DNA of 63,633 nucleotides from Bacteroidota bacterium (GCA_029781095.1 JAKOXM010000302.1:1-63633); one strand, 5' to 3'. Counted from the stretch's first letter, positions 9,639 to 19,699 are shown. The notes: generated from the letters alone by a model not told the origin. Made by a program: numbers and translations.

Positions 9639-9698
9639 GCCAACCTCCGGTTGGCCAACGAATGTTTTCATTCTCTGACGAGCCAACCGGAGGCTGGC
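9639..9698 (-). terminator. Twin-hairpin or long inverted repeat directly after the ybeY stop
   Basis: gccaacctccggttggc (9639-9655) and gccaaccggaggctggc (9682-9698) are inverted copies with one mismatch. Each arm is also self-complementary (gccaacc/ggttggc). Confidence 0.5.
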
Positions 9699-9699
9699 G

Positions 9700-10152
9700 T
9701 TACAGGGGAAGTTTCGTCAGATAAAAATCTTCCTTATTCCGCATAGCCGCCTCATCTTCAGGTGTTTTGTCCTTGTAGCCTGCCATGTGCAGCACACCGT
9801 GTACCATCACACGGCAAAGTTCGTGATGGAACGAAACACGGTTTGTTTCGGCATTTTCGGCCACCCTCTCCGAACTGATATAAATTTCGCCCTGCATCCG
9901 GGCGTCGTCGCTGTAGTCGAATGTGATGATATCGGTGTAATAGTCGTGGTCGAGAAACTCGACGTTGATGCCGCGGAGGTGCTCGTCGGAGCAGAAAATG
10001 TAGCCGATTTCCCAAATGGGCTTGCCTTCCGCTTCGGCTACCGACAGGAGCCATGCCTGCAGCGATTGTTCGTCCGGAAGCTCGAACGCGACGTCTTCAA
10101 AGAAGAAAGAAATGGATTGTTCCGGTTGTTCGGGCGATTCCGGGAAAATCAT
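9700..10152 (-). CDS. ybeY: rRNA maturation endoribonuclease YbeY
   Basis: Zinc-binding motif HGVLHMAGYKD near the C-terminus, and a size of 150 aa. Confidence 0.9.
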   Translation of the reverse strand: MIFPESPEQPEQSISFFFEDVAFELPDEQSLQAWLLSVAEAEGKPIWEIGYIFCSDEHLRGINVEFLDHDYYTDIITFDYSDDARMQGEIYISSERVAENAETNRVSFHHELCRVMVHGVLHMAGYKDKTPEDEAAMRNKEDFYLTKLPL

Positions 10153-10163
10153 GACGGGTCGAT

Positions 10164-10198
10164 AAAAAAACCTCCGGAGTTTTTCAAAACTCCGGAGG
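10164..10198 (-). terminator. Rho-independent terminator of the upstream minus-strand kinase-like gene
   Basis: cctccggagtttt pairs with aaaactccggagg over a 13-bp stem. It is followed on the minus strand by ttttttt (the complement of 10164-10170). Confidence 0.7.
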
Positions 10199-10225
10199 CT
10201 CGATCAAAAAACAATCTTGAGAAAT

Positions 10226-10633
10226 TCAATCAATTTTAAAACGCATTTCAACCGTACTGCCGTTGCGCGTAAACCTGCATTCGTCGCTCAGATGACGCAT
10301 GAGGAAAAGGCCGCGGCCGCCGCATTTTTCGATGCATTCGAGGCTTGTGGGATCGGGTACATTGGTTGGGTCGAAGCCGGGACCTTCATCGGAAACACGA
10401 ATGGACAAGGCATCTTTCTGACGGCGTAAAGAAATGGAAACGCATTTGTTGCCGTCGGCCTGGTTGCCATGCAAAATTGCGTTGGTAACGGCTTCTGTAA
10501 GGCTTACTAAAATGTTCCCGTGGACGTTGGGGGAAAGGTTGTATCGGGTGGCTACATCATGTACAAATGGTTCTACTTTGCATAAATTGTTGGGGTCGGA
10601 GGGGAGAGTTAAATTTGTGTGTAAATCGCTCAT
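10226..10633 (-). CDS. HATPase_c-type ATP-binding protein (RsbW/SpoIIAB-like anti-sigma serine kinase family)
   Basis: N-box EAVTNAILHGN, G1 DEGPGFD, and G2 GGRGLFLM. The ATG at 10633 gives the usual size of about 135 aa, and the ORF track extends to 10738. Confidence 0.7.
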   Translation of the reverse strand: MSDLHTNLTLPSDPNNLCKVEPFVHDVATRYNLSPNVHGNILVSLTEAVTNAILHGNQADGNKCVSISLRRQKDALSIRVSDEGPGFDPTNVPDPTSLECIEKCGGRGLFLMRHLSDECRFTRNGSTVEMRFKID

Positions 10634-11040
10634 TCGCCAATTTTTGTTAAAAAATCTGACTGCTCGGAATACGCTGTTCGATTGATTCATCGGGGTTAGG
10701 ATCGGTGCCGGGAAGTTTTTGGATAGCGTCACAGTCAAATAACCACAGTTAATTAATGGGTTAACAGGATTAACGGCAAGAGGATTATAACAGCCGTAGC
10801 ATGCGAATGTTTTGGGGGTGTTCGTCTCGAAATTCGATGCAATTTAAGATTTTGTTAATACCCGGCGCAAGGGGGTGTGGAAAAAAACTTGACTTTTCTG
10901 CTCTAAAAGGGCTTGTTTAGACTGAATACAAGTGATTTGGTCACTTTTTCCACAAAATTTTTTCTTAAAAAATTATCTGATGCCCCGAAAAGCAGCCGTC
11001 GGACGGTAAAAATCGTTCGGAAGGCGGCGGCATGAGCGGT

Positions 11041-12489
11041 TTAAAACTCGGCATTTCCCGGGAAACGGGGGAATGCAATCACGTCGCGTATGTTGGTCAT
11101 GCCGGTTACGAACAGCACCAGACGTTCGAAGCCGAGGCCAAATCCCGCGTGGGGGCATGAACCGAAACGGCGGGTATCGAGATACCAGTACAGTTCTTTT
11201 TCAGGGATATGCATCTCCTGCATGCGTTGCACGAGCCGGTCGTAGCGCTCTTCGCGCTGCGAACCGCCGACGATCTCGCCGATGCCCGGAAACAGGATAT
11301 CCATCGCCGACACAGTCGGGCCGGGCACGCCGTCTTTCGGGTCGTCCTGCCGCATATAAAAGGCTTTGATAACAGCCGGGTAGTTGGTCAGGATAACGGG
11401 CTTTTTAAAATGTTTTTCCACGAGGTAGCGCTCGTGTTCGCTTTGCAGATCGGTGCCCCAGCCTTCCACGGGAAACTGGAATTTTCCTTTCTTGTTCGGG
11501 TTGGAGTTTTTCAGGATGTCGATGGCCTCGGTATAGGTAAGCCGCACAAACTGGTTATCGGTCACGAAGCGCAGTTTTTCGGTCAGCGCCATTTCGCTGC
11601 GCTGGTCCTGCGGCTTGCTTTTTTCTTCCTCGATCAGGCGGTCTTCCAGTATTTTCAGATCATCGGCACAGTGCTCCAGCGCGTAGCGAATGACGTACTG
11701 GAGCATATCTTCCGCGAGGTTCATGTTGTCGGTGAGGTCATTGAAAGCAACTTCGGGTTCGATCATCCAGAATTCGGCGAGGTGGCGCGTAGTGTTGGAA
11801 TTTTCCGCCCGGAAAGTAGGTCCAAACGTGTACACTTCGCCGAGCGCCATGGCGGCCAGTTCGGCTTCCAGTTGGCCAGACACAGTCAGGTTGGTGGAGC
11901 GTTTGAAAAAGTCTTTGTCAAAATCAATTTCACCGGTTTCGGTGCGGGGGGCGTTTTCGAGGGGGAGCGTGGTCACGCGGAACATTTCCCCGGCGCCTTC
12001 GGCGTCGCTGGCAGTGATGATGGGGGTATGCTGATAAAAGAATCCCTTGTCGTTGAAAAACTTGTGGATGGCAAATGCCAGTGCGTGGCGAATGCGGAAT
12101 ACGGCTGCAAAAGTATTCGTGCGAAAGCGCAGGTGGGCTTGTTCGCGCAGAAATTCAAGCGTTTGCTTCTTGGGCTGCAGCGGGAACTCTTCAGGGTTGC
12201 AATCGCCGTAGATGGTGATCTCCGAGGCTTTCAGTTCCACTTTTTGTCCCTTGCCCTGCGACTCGACCAGGACGCCGCGGGCGCCGATGGCTGCGCCGAA
12301 CCTGATACGTTCGAGCGTAGCGGCGTCGAATTGTTCAAAGTCAACCACCACTTGCAGGTTGTGCGGCGTGGAGCCGTCGTTGAGAGCGATAAACTGGTTG
12401 TTGCGGAAGGCCTTTACCCAGCCTTTTACCAATATGTCAGAGCCTGTGGGTTCCGTGCGGAGGAGTTCGGCGATTTTCGTGCGGCGCAT
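11041..12489 (-). CDS. asnS: Asparagine--tRNA ligase
   Basis: OB-fold N-domain plus class II motifs [21 protein letters not shown] and [15 protein letters not shown]. Confidence 0.95.
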   Translation of the reverse strand: MRRTKIAELLRTEPTGSDILVKGWVKAFRNNQFIALNDGSTPHNLQVVVDFEQFDAATLERIRFGAAIGARGVLVESQGKGQKVELKASEITIYGDCNPEEFPLQPKKQTLEFLREQAHLRFRTNTFAAVFRIRHALAFAIHKFFNDKGFFYQHTPIITASDAEGAGEMFRVTTLPLENAPRTETGEIDFDKDFFKRSTNLTVSGQLEAELAAMALGEVYTFGPTFRAENSNTTRHLAEFWMIEPEVAFNDLTDNMNLAEDMLQYVIRYALEHCADDLKILEDRLIEEEKSKPQDQRSEMALTEKLRFVTDNQFVRLTYTEAIDILKNSNPNKKGKFQFPVEGWGTDLQSEHERYLVEKHFKKPVILTNYPAVIKAFYMRQDDPKDGVPGPTVSAMDILFPGIGEIVGGSQREERYDRLVQRMQEMHIPEKELYWYLDTRRFGSCPHAGFGLGFERLVLFVTGMTNIRDVIAFPRFPGNAEF

Positions 12490-12816
12490 TGCGTGTTTGA
12501 CCGTTGTTCGTTGACCCTGCGGGTCAGTTTTTCCAAAAGAGCCGCAAAGGTACGCCGAAACTGAGATTTTGAAAGGGGTTTATTCAATTTTCAGGCTTTT
12601 TGCCTGTCCGGAGAGTGCCGTTACGATGAAATTCTTTTTCATGGCCGTTTTTCAATTGATTTGCTCTTGGGCAAAGTGCGGTAAATGTCGCGATGAAACG
12701 GCCGCGCCAAACTTTCTCGCATCGCTGTTGGTCGGGTCGGCAGAGGCCACTACTTTTGCAACCCGAATTGACTTTCGGCTGTTTTACCGTCGAAACAAGC
12801 CGGAAGGAGAAAAATC

Positions 12817-13176
12817 ATGCTGATAGAAGTCTTCAAAAGCAAAATACACCGCGTACGCGTTACGCAGGCCGATCTGAACTACATTGGCAGCATCACCATC
12901 GATGAAGAATTATTGGAAGCGGCCAATATCATCGAGGGTGAGAAAGTGCAGATCGTGAACAACAACAACGGAGAGCGCATCGAGACCTACACGATCCGCG
13001 GCGAGCGCGGCAGCGGGGTGATATGCCTCAACGGCGCGGCCGCGCGGCGCGTCCAGGTAGGCGATGTCGTCATCATCATATCTTACGCACTCCTGACGCC
13101 GGAAGAAGCCAAAACCTTCCGGCCCATCGCCCTGTTCCCCGATGAAAATAACAGGCTCGTGAAGAACGGGAAGTAG
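12817..13176 (+). CDS. panD: Aspartate 1-decarboxylase
   Basis: [29 protein letters not shown] contains the Gly-Ser self-processing site. The protein is 119 aa. Confidence 0.95.
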   Translation: MLIEVFKSKIHRVRVTQADLNYIGSITIDEELLEAANIIEGEKVQIVNNNNGERIETYTIRGERGSGVICLNGAAARRVQVGDVVIIISYALLTPEEAKTFRPIALFPDENNRLVKNGK

Positions 13177-13179
13177 GCA

Positions 13180-13358
13180 CTGCTTCATTGTTTGTATTGC
13201 TTCATTGTTGCATTGTTTAATTGGCCGGACTGTTAGGTTCTGTATGCCACGTGTCGACTGGTTTACAAATCCATCCATCGTCGTACATCAAAATCAAAAC
13301 CCGCCGACCCGGTGTATAACAATGCATCAATGCAACAATAAAGCAATGCAACAATTCA
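13180..13358. repeat. Palindromic element with CATTG-repeat arms between convergent genes
   Basis: The left arm ctgcttcattgtttgtattgcttcattgttgcattgtt (about 13180-13217) pairs with the right arm aacaatgcatcaatgcaacaataaagcaatgcaacaattcaa (about 13318-13358). It uses the same cattg/caatg vocabulary as the 8516-8826 element. Confidence 0.65.
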
Positions 13359-14663
13359 ATACCTTTTCGGATCAAAGGCAGCCATCCCGATACTTGCCGG
13401 TTTGCCACCGGCCAGCTCCGCTACCAGTTTCCCGGTTCCTGCGCCCATACTGAGACCGAGCATGGCATGCCCGGTAGCGATGATCATGTTGCCGGTCTTT
13501 TTGGCAAAGCCGATATAAGGCATGCCGTCGGCTGAAACGGGCCGGAAACCGAACCACACTTTTTTCCGGATATCTTTTTTCAGTTTGTCAAAATCGGCGA
13601 GCTCACGAAAAACGGGATCGTCCTCGTAACCTGGCAGGAACTTGGGCACGGCCTCGAGGATACCCTGCACGCGGGGAAATAAAATGCGGTCGTTGAGCGC
13701 ACCGATTTCCATGGTGCTGCCGATGCGAAGGCTCCCGGCCCAGGGGGTCAGCGCCACTTTTGCTTCCAGCAAAATACAGGGATATCGAAGCAACTGGCGC
13801 GGGGTATCCACGGTCATCGAATAGCCTTTGCCGGGCATCAGCGGGATATATTCACCGGTCATTTTGGCAACCTTCGGCGACCAGGAACCGGCGGCCAGCA
13901 CGACCAGATCGGACGTAAGCGTATTGACGGCCTCACCCGAATCGGGACTGCCAATACGATATCCGACCGATATGATTTTTCCGTTTTCTTTCTGAAAATC
14001 AACGACTTCTGCATTTTTCAGGATTTTCACGCCGCGTTTTTCGAGCAGGGCCGGCAGCTGTTTCATCAGCGTATTGGGATGCAAATGCGCATCGTCTTTG
14101 AACCAGACGCCGCCGCGCACGTCGGGCCTGAGATCGGGTTCAAGCGACTGCGATTGCTCTCTGTCGAGGATTTCCACTTTCAAGCCCAGGTCTTCGGCCA
14201 TGCGGGCGTTTTCAAGTTCTTCCGCCTCCTTTTTGGCCGTTTGATAGTACATGATGCAGCCGTCGTCTCTGTATTCGAACGACATAAGACCGCTTTTTTG
14301 CCAATCTGCAGTGAGGTGTTTGGACAGCAACAACAGATCAACCAGCGGACGGGCGCTGCGTTCCACGTGCTTTTGCGTGGAGGCCCGGACGAACTTCAGA
14401 CCCCAGTCGATGAGGTCCCAACGCAGAGACGGGCGTACGTAGAAAGGACTTTTTTGCCGGAACATCCACAGGATACCCTGGCTGACAATACCCGGCGCCG
14501 CGAGCGGCACAAAATGCGAAGGCGACAGGTAACCCATGTTGCCGAAGGAGCAATTATCCGTCAAATCGCCTTTTTCAAGCACGGTGACGTCCCATCCGTC
14601 TTCGTTCAGAAAATACGCGGTGCTGAGGCCAATAATACCGCCGCCAATGATGGTTGCTTTCAT
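13356..14663 (-). CDS. FAD-dependent oxidoreductase (DAO / D-amino-acid dehydrogenase-like)
   Basis: Dinucleotide fold MKATIIGGGIIGLSTAYFL...VLEK. The ATG at 14663 is preferred over the ORF-track start at 14768. Confidence 0.8.
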   Translation of the reverse strand: MKATIIGGGIIGLSTAYFLNEDGWDVTVLEKGDLTDNCSFGNMGYLSPSHFVPLAAPGIVSQGILWMFRQKSPFYVRPSLRWDLIDWGLKFVRASTQKHVERSARPLVDLLLLSKHLTADWQKSGLMSFEYRDDGCIMYYQTAKKEAEELENARMAEDLGLKVEILDREQSQSLEPDLRPDVRGGVWFKDDAHLHPNTLMKQLPALLEKRGVKILKNAEVVDFQKENGKIISVGYRIGSPDSGEAVNTLTSDLVVLAAGSWSPKVAKMTGEYIPLMPGKGYSMTVDTPRQLLRYPCILLEAKVALTPWAGSLRIGSTMEIGALNDRILFPRVQGILEAVPKFLPGYEDDPVFRELADFDKLKKDIRKKVWFGFRPVSADGMPYIGFAKKTGNMIIATGHAMLGLSMGAGTGKLVAELAGGKPASIGMAAFDPKRY

Positions 14664-14695
14664 GTTTTTGTTGTTTTTGTCGGTCGTCACGACGC

Positions 14696-15997
14696 TCATT
14701 GACGAAATAACGCTACAAACCTGCCTTCCGCTACAGCCGCCAATGGCCGGAATGAAGAACCGTCCCATTCTCCAAACAACGCGAGCGGGTGGCCGCCGCC
14801 GAGTGCGACAAGCCGCCAGCCGGCGTCGTCCGGGATATTCAGCGGCAAAGACTTTCCATTTTTATCCATAAAAACGAACCGGCTGCCCGTCCGGCACGCA
14901 GTCGCTGCGCTGAAAACTGCCGGAAAATACGGCAACCAGGGCTGCTTTGCCAATGCTGTTGCGTAAGCGTTTGCAAAAGTGTCAAAATCTTCAAATCCGT
15001 GCAGTTTTTCCACCTTTTTTGGCAGTTCCGTCCAGTCATCCAGCAGCAGCGCGCGTTGTGCGAAGGCGGAAGGGTAGTAGGCCAGTGTGCCTTGCTGGAT
15101 ACTTCCCGGCATAAAACCGGGGGGGAAGCCTGCGCCGCCGAAGGAAAAATCCAGCAAAAGAGCCATGCGCCCCGATTTGCCGCCGGCCAGCCAGGTGCGC
15201 CGCAGAGCCAGTTTGTCTTCCAGCGGCTCTTCCAGTTGGCCGACGATTGCCCATACGTCATGCTGCCGTTCCCCGGATGTCAGCACGTTTTCTTTTTTTG
15301 CGGCTATGCCGACAAAATTCTGAAGATCGAAAGCCAGGTCGCGGGGCAGCGTATCCCGTTTGCGAAAGGCGCGCACTGCCAGGTAGCATTCGGCGAGACC
15401 GCCAGCCGTTTTGGCAGCCCAGTCGGGGTCGGAAGCGGGAATTTGTCCGAGCAGGCGCAAACTGCGGCTGAGACCCGGCATGGAAGCGTCTGCCATGCGC
15501 GCCGCAATGTTTTCCCACCAGCGCGGGTCCTCCGAAACGACGGTGGCCAGTCCGCGCCGTATGGTGTCGAGCAGCCAGGCTTCGAGGTCTTCAAAGCCGT
15601 TGGCGGCGCGCTCGAGCCGTTCAAAGCGACGCTGTGCCTGCGTCGCTACCCGGTCTTCGGGCGGGCCGGTCTGCCGGCCACGGCCTGCAGGGAGACCGGA
15701 GATCAATGCCGTGGCCCAATCCGGCAGCGCATCGATGCGGGTAAAACAAGATTCGCCTTCACGCGCATACATGGCACTCAGCGCCAGCGCATGTACGCAG
15801 GGTTTCGGGAAAAAAGGGCAGGAGCAAAAAAGCGCACGGGATGTCAGGTCCATTGCCACCGAATGGAAGCGGCCGTCGGCGGCTGGTATTCGGGAAAAAA
15901 TAATTTTCTCAAACATGAATCGCTCCGGGAAAAAAACGGGCCGGGCAAGCAGGTTTGCCCGGGTGCCGGTTTCCGTTTTTTCGCTGAGTTTTGACAC
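14696..15997 (-). CDS. SWIM zinc-finger family protein
   Basis: CxC-x(n)-CxH signature CSCPFFPKPCVHALAL near the N-terminus, followed by a long alpha-helical, Ala/Leu/Arg-rich remainder. Confidence 0.65.
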   Translation of the reverse strand: MSKLSEKTETGTRANLLARPVFFPERFMFEKIIFSRIPAADGRFHSVAMDLTSRALFCSCPFFPKPCVHALALSAMYAREGESCFTRIDALPDWATALISGLPAGRGRQTGPPEDRVATQAQRRFERLERAANGFEDLEAWLLDTIRRGLATVVSEDPRWWENIAARMADASMPGLSRSLRLLGQIPASDPDWAAKTAGGLAECYLAVRAFRKRDTLPRDLAFDLQNFVGIAAKKENVLTSGERQHDVWAIVGQLEEPLEDKLALRRTWLAGGKSGRMALLLDFSFGGAGFPPGFMPGSIQQGTLAYYPSAFAQRALLLDDWTELPKKVEKLHGFEDFDTFANAYATALAKQPWLPYFPAVFSAATACRTGSRFVFMDKNGKSLPLNIPDDAGWRLVALGGGHPLALFGEWDGSSFRPLAAVAEGRFVALFRQ

Positions 15998-16030
15998 GTT
16001 ATCGGTGTGGGTGAACGGACAGGATTGGGT

Positions 16031-16075
16031 AGTGATGAGTGATGAGTGATGAGTTTGTTATTGATTATCAATAAC
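16031..16075. repeat. Tandem heptamer (GTGATGA x3) followed by a 9-bp-arm perfect palindrome
   Basis: gtgatgagtgatgagtgatgag lies at about 16032-16053. gttattgat-t-atcaataac lies at 16057-16075. Confidence 0.7.
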
Positions 16076-16095
16076 CTGGAATCAAATAATCAGTC

Positions 16096-16125
16096 AAAAC
16101 CCGGCACTGCCGGGGATTTTATTTT
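16096..16125 (-). terminator. Rho-independent terminator downstream of the PIG-L family gene
   Basis: aaaa-cccggc-act-gccggg-gatttt. An A-tract and a T-tract on either side could make it bidirectional. Confidence 0.6.
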
Positions 16126-16203
16126 GCCATCTTCACCGGCATTTCGTAAAACCATATTGTGTACATCCTGCCAATCTTCTCTAAACAAACAAATACCTGT
16201 CTG

Positions 16204-18738
16204 TCAGGGCTGTTGCTTTCCGAGCGAGATCAGGTTGGCAAACAGCCGGTAGGCGCCGGGTACGCCGGCCGGGAGCTCGCGAAAGAACGAAAGACCGGTG
16301 TACACATAGTAACCTTTGCCGTATTTGGCCACCAGCAGTGAGCCGTCGGCGGGTGCTTCGCCGGGATCGTTGCTGGAGAGCGGCGCTTCAAAAGCCGCGT
16401 CCCATTCACCCGGGAAATAGAGCCCACGCTCCTGCACCCAACCGTTGAAATCTTTGGCCGTTATCTTGTTGGGGGTGTTCAATGCTTCGTTGTCGGGCAG
16501 GCGGAGCCGGATTTCGGCGTTTTCATCGGTCACGCGTGTGCGCGACAGTTTCATCGGATACGGCGCCAGCTGATCGAGAACGAGTTCATTGTTGGTATTA
16601 TACTGCGTCACCAGCGTGCCGCCGTTTTTCACGTATTCGAACAGTTTGGCCTGGTGAAATTTCAGGTCTTCCTTTGTGTTGTAAGCGCGGATGCCGATTA
16701 CGATGGCATCGAATTTTTTCAAATTTTCCGGGTCCATGTCCTTGTCACCAAGGAGCGTCACGTTACAACCCATGCGGTGCAATGCTTTCGGAATTTCGTC
16801 GCCGGCGCCCATGTAGTACCCGACATTTTTTGCCAAAACCTGCAGGTTCATGCGGGCGGCGTGGGCCGTCGCGGGCAGCAGTACGCTTTGCTGGGGAATA
16901 TGATCGTATTTGATCGGAATCAGGCTGAAAGGATAGGCAATATTCCCGATTTGTGCGGAGGCCGTCAGCGTTACTTCATCCGGGCCCGAAGAAGCCTGCA
17001 AATCGAATGTGACCTCACGCGTTTCACCCTTTTTGTTCAGATCGAACTCCGTTTGACCGGCATCGTATGCATTGGGCCAACCCGCCGGGCTGCCGAGAAA
17101 TATTTTACAATGCACGTTGTCGCGCCCGGCTTTTACGCGCAGGGTGACCGGACAGTGGCCGGAAGTGACCAGATAAGACGACTCGGTGAACTCGACGAAT
17201 ACCGGCGGGAGCACTTCAAAAGGTCGCCATACTTCGCCGATGGCCGATTCTTCGGCTTTGTACGCTACATCGGTATCATACTCCAGCGCTACGCCGTTCA
17301 CAATGATCGACCAGCGCACCGTCGCGAAGCGGGGTGTTTCCGGAAGACCCCGAAGTTGCTGTTTTTCAACATTATACATGCCGAGTGTCGGCGTTTTCGT
17401 CAGCCAGTAAGGCGCTGTAAAAAGCGCGTTTTCGGGAATTTTCACCGTCCGGTCGGCGGTAAAATCATTGTTTGACTTTAAAGCGACCGCATAAATTGTG
17501 TCATACATGGCCGGCTGGATAGAAACGCTGCCGAGCGTCACATCGCCAGCCGATGAAGGGGCCCGGTTGATGGCTTCGAGGTGGATTTTAACCGATTCGC
17601 CGGGCGTAGCCGTCGGCTCGCTGGCGGTAGCCTCGAGATAGAGCCCCAGACAGCCGCGGATCACGTCCTTGATATTGGCCAGTTTTACCTGCTTCCAGTG
17701 TCCGTCCGGGAGTGCCTTGATCATTTGCATGGCAGCGAGCAGATCAGGTACGCTGGCCGAGGGGTTATCGGAGCGGTATTCCCGGTCAATTTTAGAGAGC
17801 AACTCGCCAATTTTTTCGCCGCCTTCCACGCGCGTCCAGGTGGTATTGACACCGGCAAAGGGATCCTGGGCGGTAGGCCTGTCGCCTTTGATGAACTCGA
17901 ACCAGTCCACACTTTCGCCGCGCGTACCGAGGGAGCCGAAGCCCTGGCAGCGGTGCATCGAGCGCGCTTCGGCCGCTATTTCGCTGTTGCTTTTACCTTT
18001 CAGGGGAAGGTATACGCCCAGATCGAGGGGGTACAGGTTGGTTTTATCGGCTTTATCAAATGCTTCCCGGCTGCCGTAGAACCACCAGGAGGTATTGAAA
18101 AAGATGCGGGCGGGCTGCCAGGGTTTGGTGTATTTCAATTGCTCGGGATAGGCATCCGCCTTGCCTGCCAGATCGAATGCCTCTACCGACAGCATGGCCG
18201 AGGAGGTGTGGTGACCGTGCGTATTGTACTTAAGGTCGTGGTAAAAGCGATTGATCACCACGTCGGGCTGTGTCTCCCGGAAAGCCCATACCACGTCGGA
18301 AAGCACTGCGTCCTTGTCCCATATGCGGAGGGTTTCTTCCGGGCTTTTGGAAAAGCCGAAGTCGTTGGCGCGCGTAAAACGCTGTTTGCCGCCGTCGATG
18401 GAGCGCGCCATGAGCAGTTCTTCGGTGCGAAGTACGCCGAGCAGCTCGCGTATTTCCGGCCCGATGAGGTTTTGGCCGCCGTCGCCGCGGGTGAGCGACA
18501 GGTAAGTTACGTCATACAGTTTTTCGTTGGCGCAGTAGCTGATCAGGCGCTGGTTTTCGTCGTCGGGGTGGGCGGCAACGTACAACACGGAGCCGAGCAC
18601 GTTCAGTTTCTTGATAGCCTGGTGCAGGTCTGCGGCGTTGGGCTTGGCGGGTTTTTGCGAAAAAAGCAAAATGGGGAAAAGGAGAAATCCCACCTTCATC
18701 AGGAATATGGCGGGCGAAAAGATGTATTTGTTCATCAT
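16204..18738 (-). CDS. PIG-L (LmbE-like) family deacetylase, large multidomain form
   Basis: Signal peptide, then the PIG-L motif YVAAHPDDENQRL with downstream HGHHT. The protein is 844 aa with additional beta-rich and GATase1-like C-terminal regions (FDAIVIGIRAYNT...GGTLV). Confidence 0.7.
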   Translation of the reverse strand: MMNKYIFSPAIFLMKVGFLLFPILLFSQKPAKPNAADLHQAIKKLNVLGSVLYVAAHPDDENQRLISYCANEKLYDVTYLSLTRGDGGQNLIGPEIRELLGVLRTEELLMARSIDGGKQRFTRANDFGFSKSPEETLRIWDKDAVLSDVVWAFRETQPDVVINRFYHDLKYNTHGHHTSSAMLSVEAFDLAGKADAYPEQLKYTKPWQPARIFFNTSWWFYGSREAFDKADKTNLYPLDLGVYLPLKGKSNSEIAAEARSMHRCQGFGSLGTRGESVDWFEFIKGDRPTAQDPFAGVNTTWTRVEGGEKIGELLSKIDREYRSDNPSASVPDLLAAMQMIKALPDGHWKQVKLANIKDVIRGCLGLYLEATASEPTATPGESVKIHLEAINRAPSSAGDVTLGSVSIQPAMYDTIYAVALKSNNDFTADRTVKIPENALFTAPYWLTKTPTLGMYNVEKQQLRGLPETPRFATVRWSIIVNGVALEYDTDVAYKAEESAIGEVWRPFEVLPPVFVEFTESSYLVTSGHCPVTLRVKAGRDNVHCKIFLGSPAGWPNAYDAGQTEFDLNKKGETREVTFDLQASSGPDEVTLTASAQIGNIAYPFSLIPIKYDHIPQQSVLLPATAHAARMNLQVLAKNVGYYMGAGDEIPKALHRMGCNVTLLGDKDMDPENLKKFDAIVIGIRAYNTKEDLKFHQAKLFEYVKNGGTLVTQYNTNNELVLDQLAPYPMKLSRTRVTDENAEIRLRLPDNEALNTPNKITAKDFNGWVQERGLYFPGEWDAAFEAPLSSNDPGEAPADGSLLVAKYGKGYYVYTGLSFFRELPAGVPGAYRLFANLISLGKQQP

Positions 18739-18877
18739 GCCTGAATTGCTGTTTTAACGGCGAAAATAGGCACAATTAACAAGAGATGCCAAGTAAGGTT
18801 TCAATGCGCGTGACCGGGTGATTGCCGGTAACCCGGTCACGCATTATTTACAGACTCGCTCCAATGACTGTCAGGCT

Positions 18878-19468
18878 CTATTTCGCACCCGCCCAGTTGC
18901 TGATTTTTTTCAAAGATGAGGGTCTTGCACTGATCGTGACGGGGTCAGGACCGGCGTAGTACCGGAATTCCAGCTGGCGGCAGTTTTTTATCGCCTGTAC
19001 CTGTTCATCGGTGAACGGACAATAAAAATATGCCTGTTTCCAGTTGGTGGTGCTGCTTCCGGTGAGGACTGTGAGGGTGCTGGCGCCCGTCGTGTCCCGG
19101 ACGCTTTGCGCAGTGGTGGTGTTATCGGTACGGCTCAGGATGTTTTCGCGGCGGTCCTGCAATAGGACAGGGTACTTCCGGCCATCGATTTTGATAAAAC
19201 CTTCTTCTTTCAGATCGAAAGCGGCGGCAGATTTATTCACCTGTGCGTACACTCCGGCTTCCTCGCGGCCGTCGGCGTGGATAACACGGGCAAAAGTCAT
19301 GTCGATGGATTGTACTTCGTTGTCGTATTCCCTTACGGAAAATGACAGCAGCAAACGGATATTCCTGCTGTTTTGATAATCATCGGTCGTACTTCTGATG
19401 ACGCCGTAAGGGCTTGTACAGGATAACAGAAACAGGGTGGCGGCGAAGAAAAAGAGTCCGGTTTTCAT
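18878..19468 (-). CDS. Hypothetical lipoprotein
   Basis: MKTGLFFFAATLFLLSC lipobox. No recognisable domain. Confidence 0.5.
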   Translation of the reverse strand: MKTGLFFFAATLFLLSCTSPYGVIRSTTDDYQNSRNIRLLLSFSVREYDNEVQSIDMTFARVIHADGREEAGVYAQVNKSAAAFDLKEEGFIKIDGRKYPVLLQDRRENILSRTDNTTTAQSVRDTTGASTLTVLTGSSTTNWKQAYFYCPFTDEQVQAIKNCRQLEFRYYAGPDPVTISARPSSLKKISNWAGAK

Positions 19469-19596
19469 GATGAAAGCGTTTTATTGTTCCCAACAAATAA
19501 CACCCGCTTTTATCACAATCGCCGGTATTCAAATTCTGTTTAACTCAACTTTACGACCTTAACAGTTTTTAAGAAAACACCCGGCGATTAGCAATA

Positions 19597-19699
19597 AGTG
19601 ATGAATGATGAGTGATAAGCGATGAGTGGTAAAATTCGGTGCTAATCAAGCCCTTTGGGACACTCATCGCTTATCATTCATCACTCATCATTCATCACT
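19597..19699. repeat. Long inverted repeat with GATGA(G/A)T-repeat arms abutting the DPP3-family stop codon
   Basis: The left arm agtgatgaatgatgagtgataagcgatgagtg (19597-19628) pairs with the right arm cactcatcgcttatcattcatcactcatcattcatcact (19661-19699). The loop is about 32 nt. Confidence 0.75.

Noticed and set aside
11209-12564. A 451-aa ORF on the + strand. Similar long ORFs lie at 14789-15994, 17581-18744, 20797-21738, 23098-24129, 34131-35192 and 41213-42997.
   Set aside because: Each is exactly antisense to a gene with clear family motifs (asnS, SWIM, PIG-L, M49 peptidase, pckA, STAND NTPase and the TonB-like receptor). Their translations are low-complexity and rich in Arg, Gly, Ala and Val. 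This is the usual artefact of GC-rich codon bias leaving the antisense frame open.
16204-18738. The PIG-L family protein as the bacillithiol deacetylase BshB, partner of bshA at 5163.
   Set aside because: BshB proteins are cytoplasmic and about 220-240 aa. This protein is 844 aa, has a signal peptide and extra domains, and lies 10 kb from bshA.
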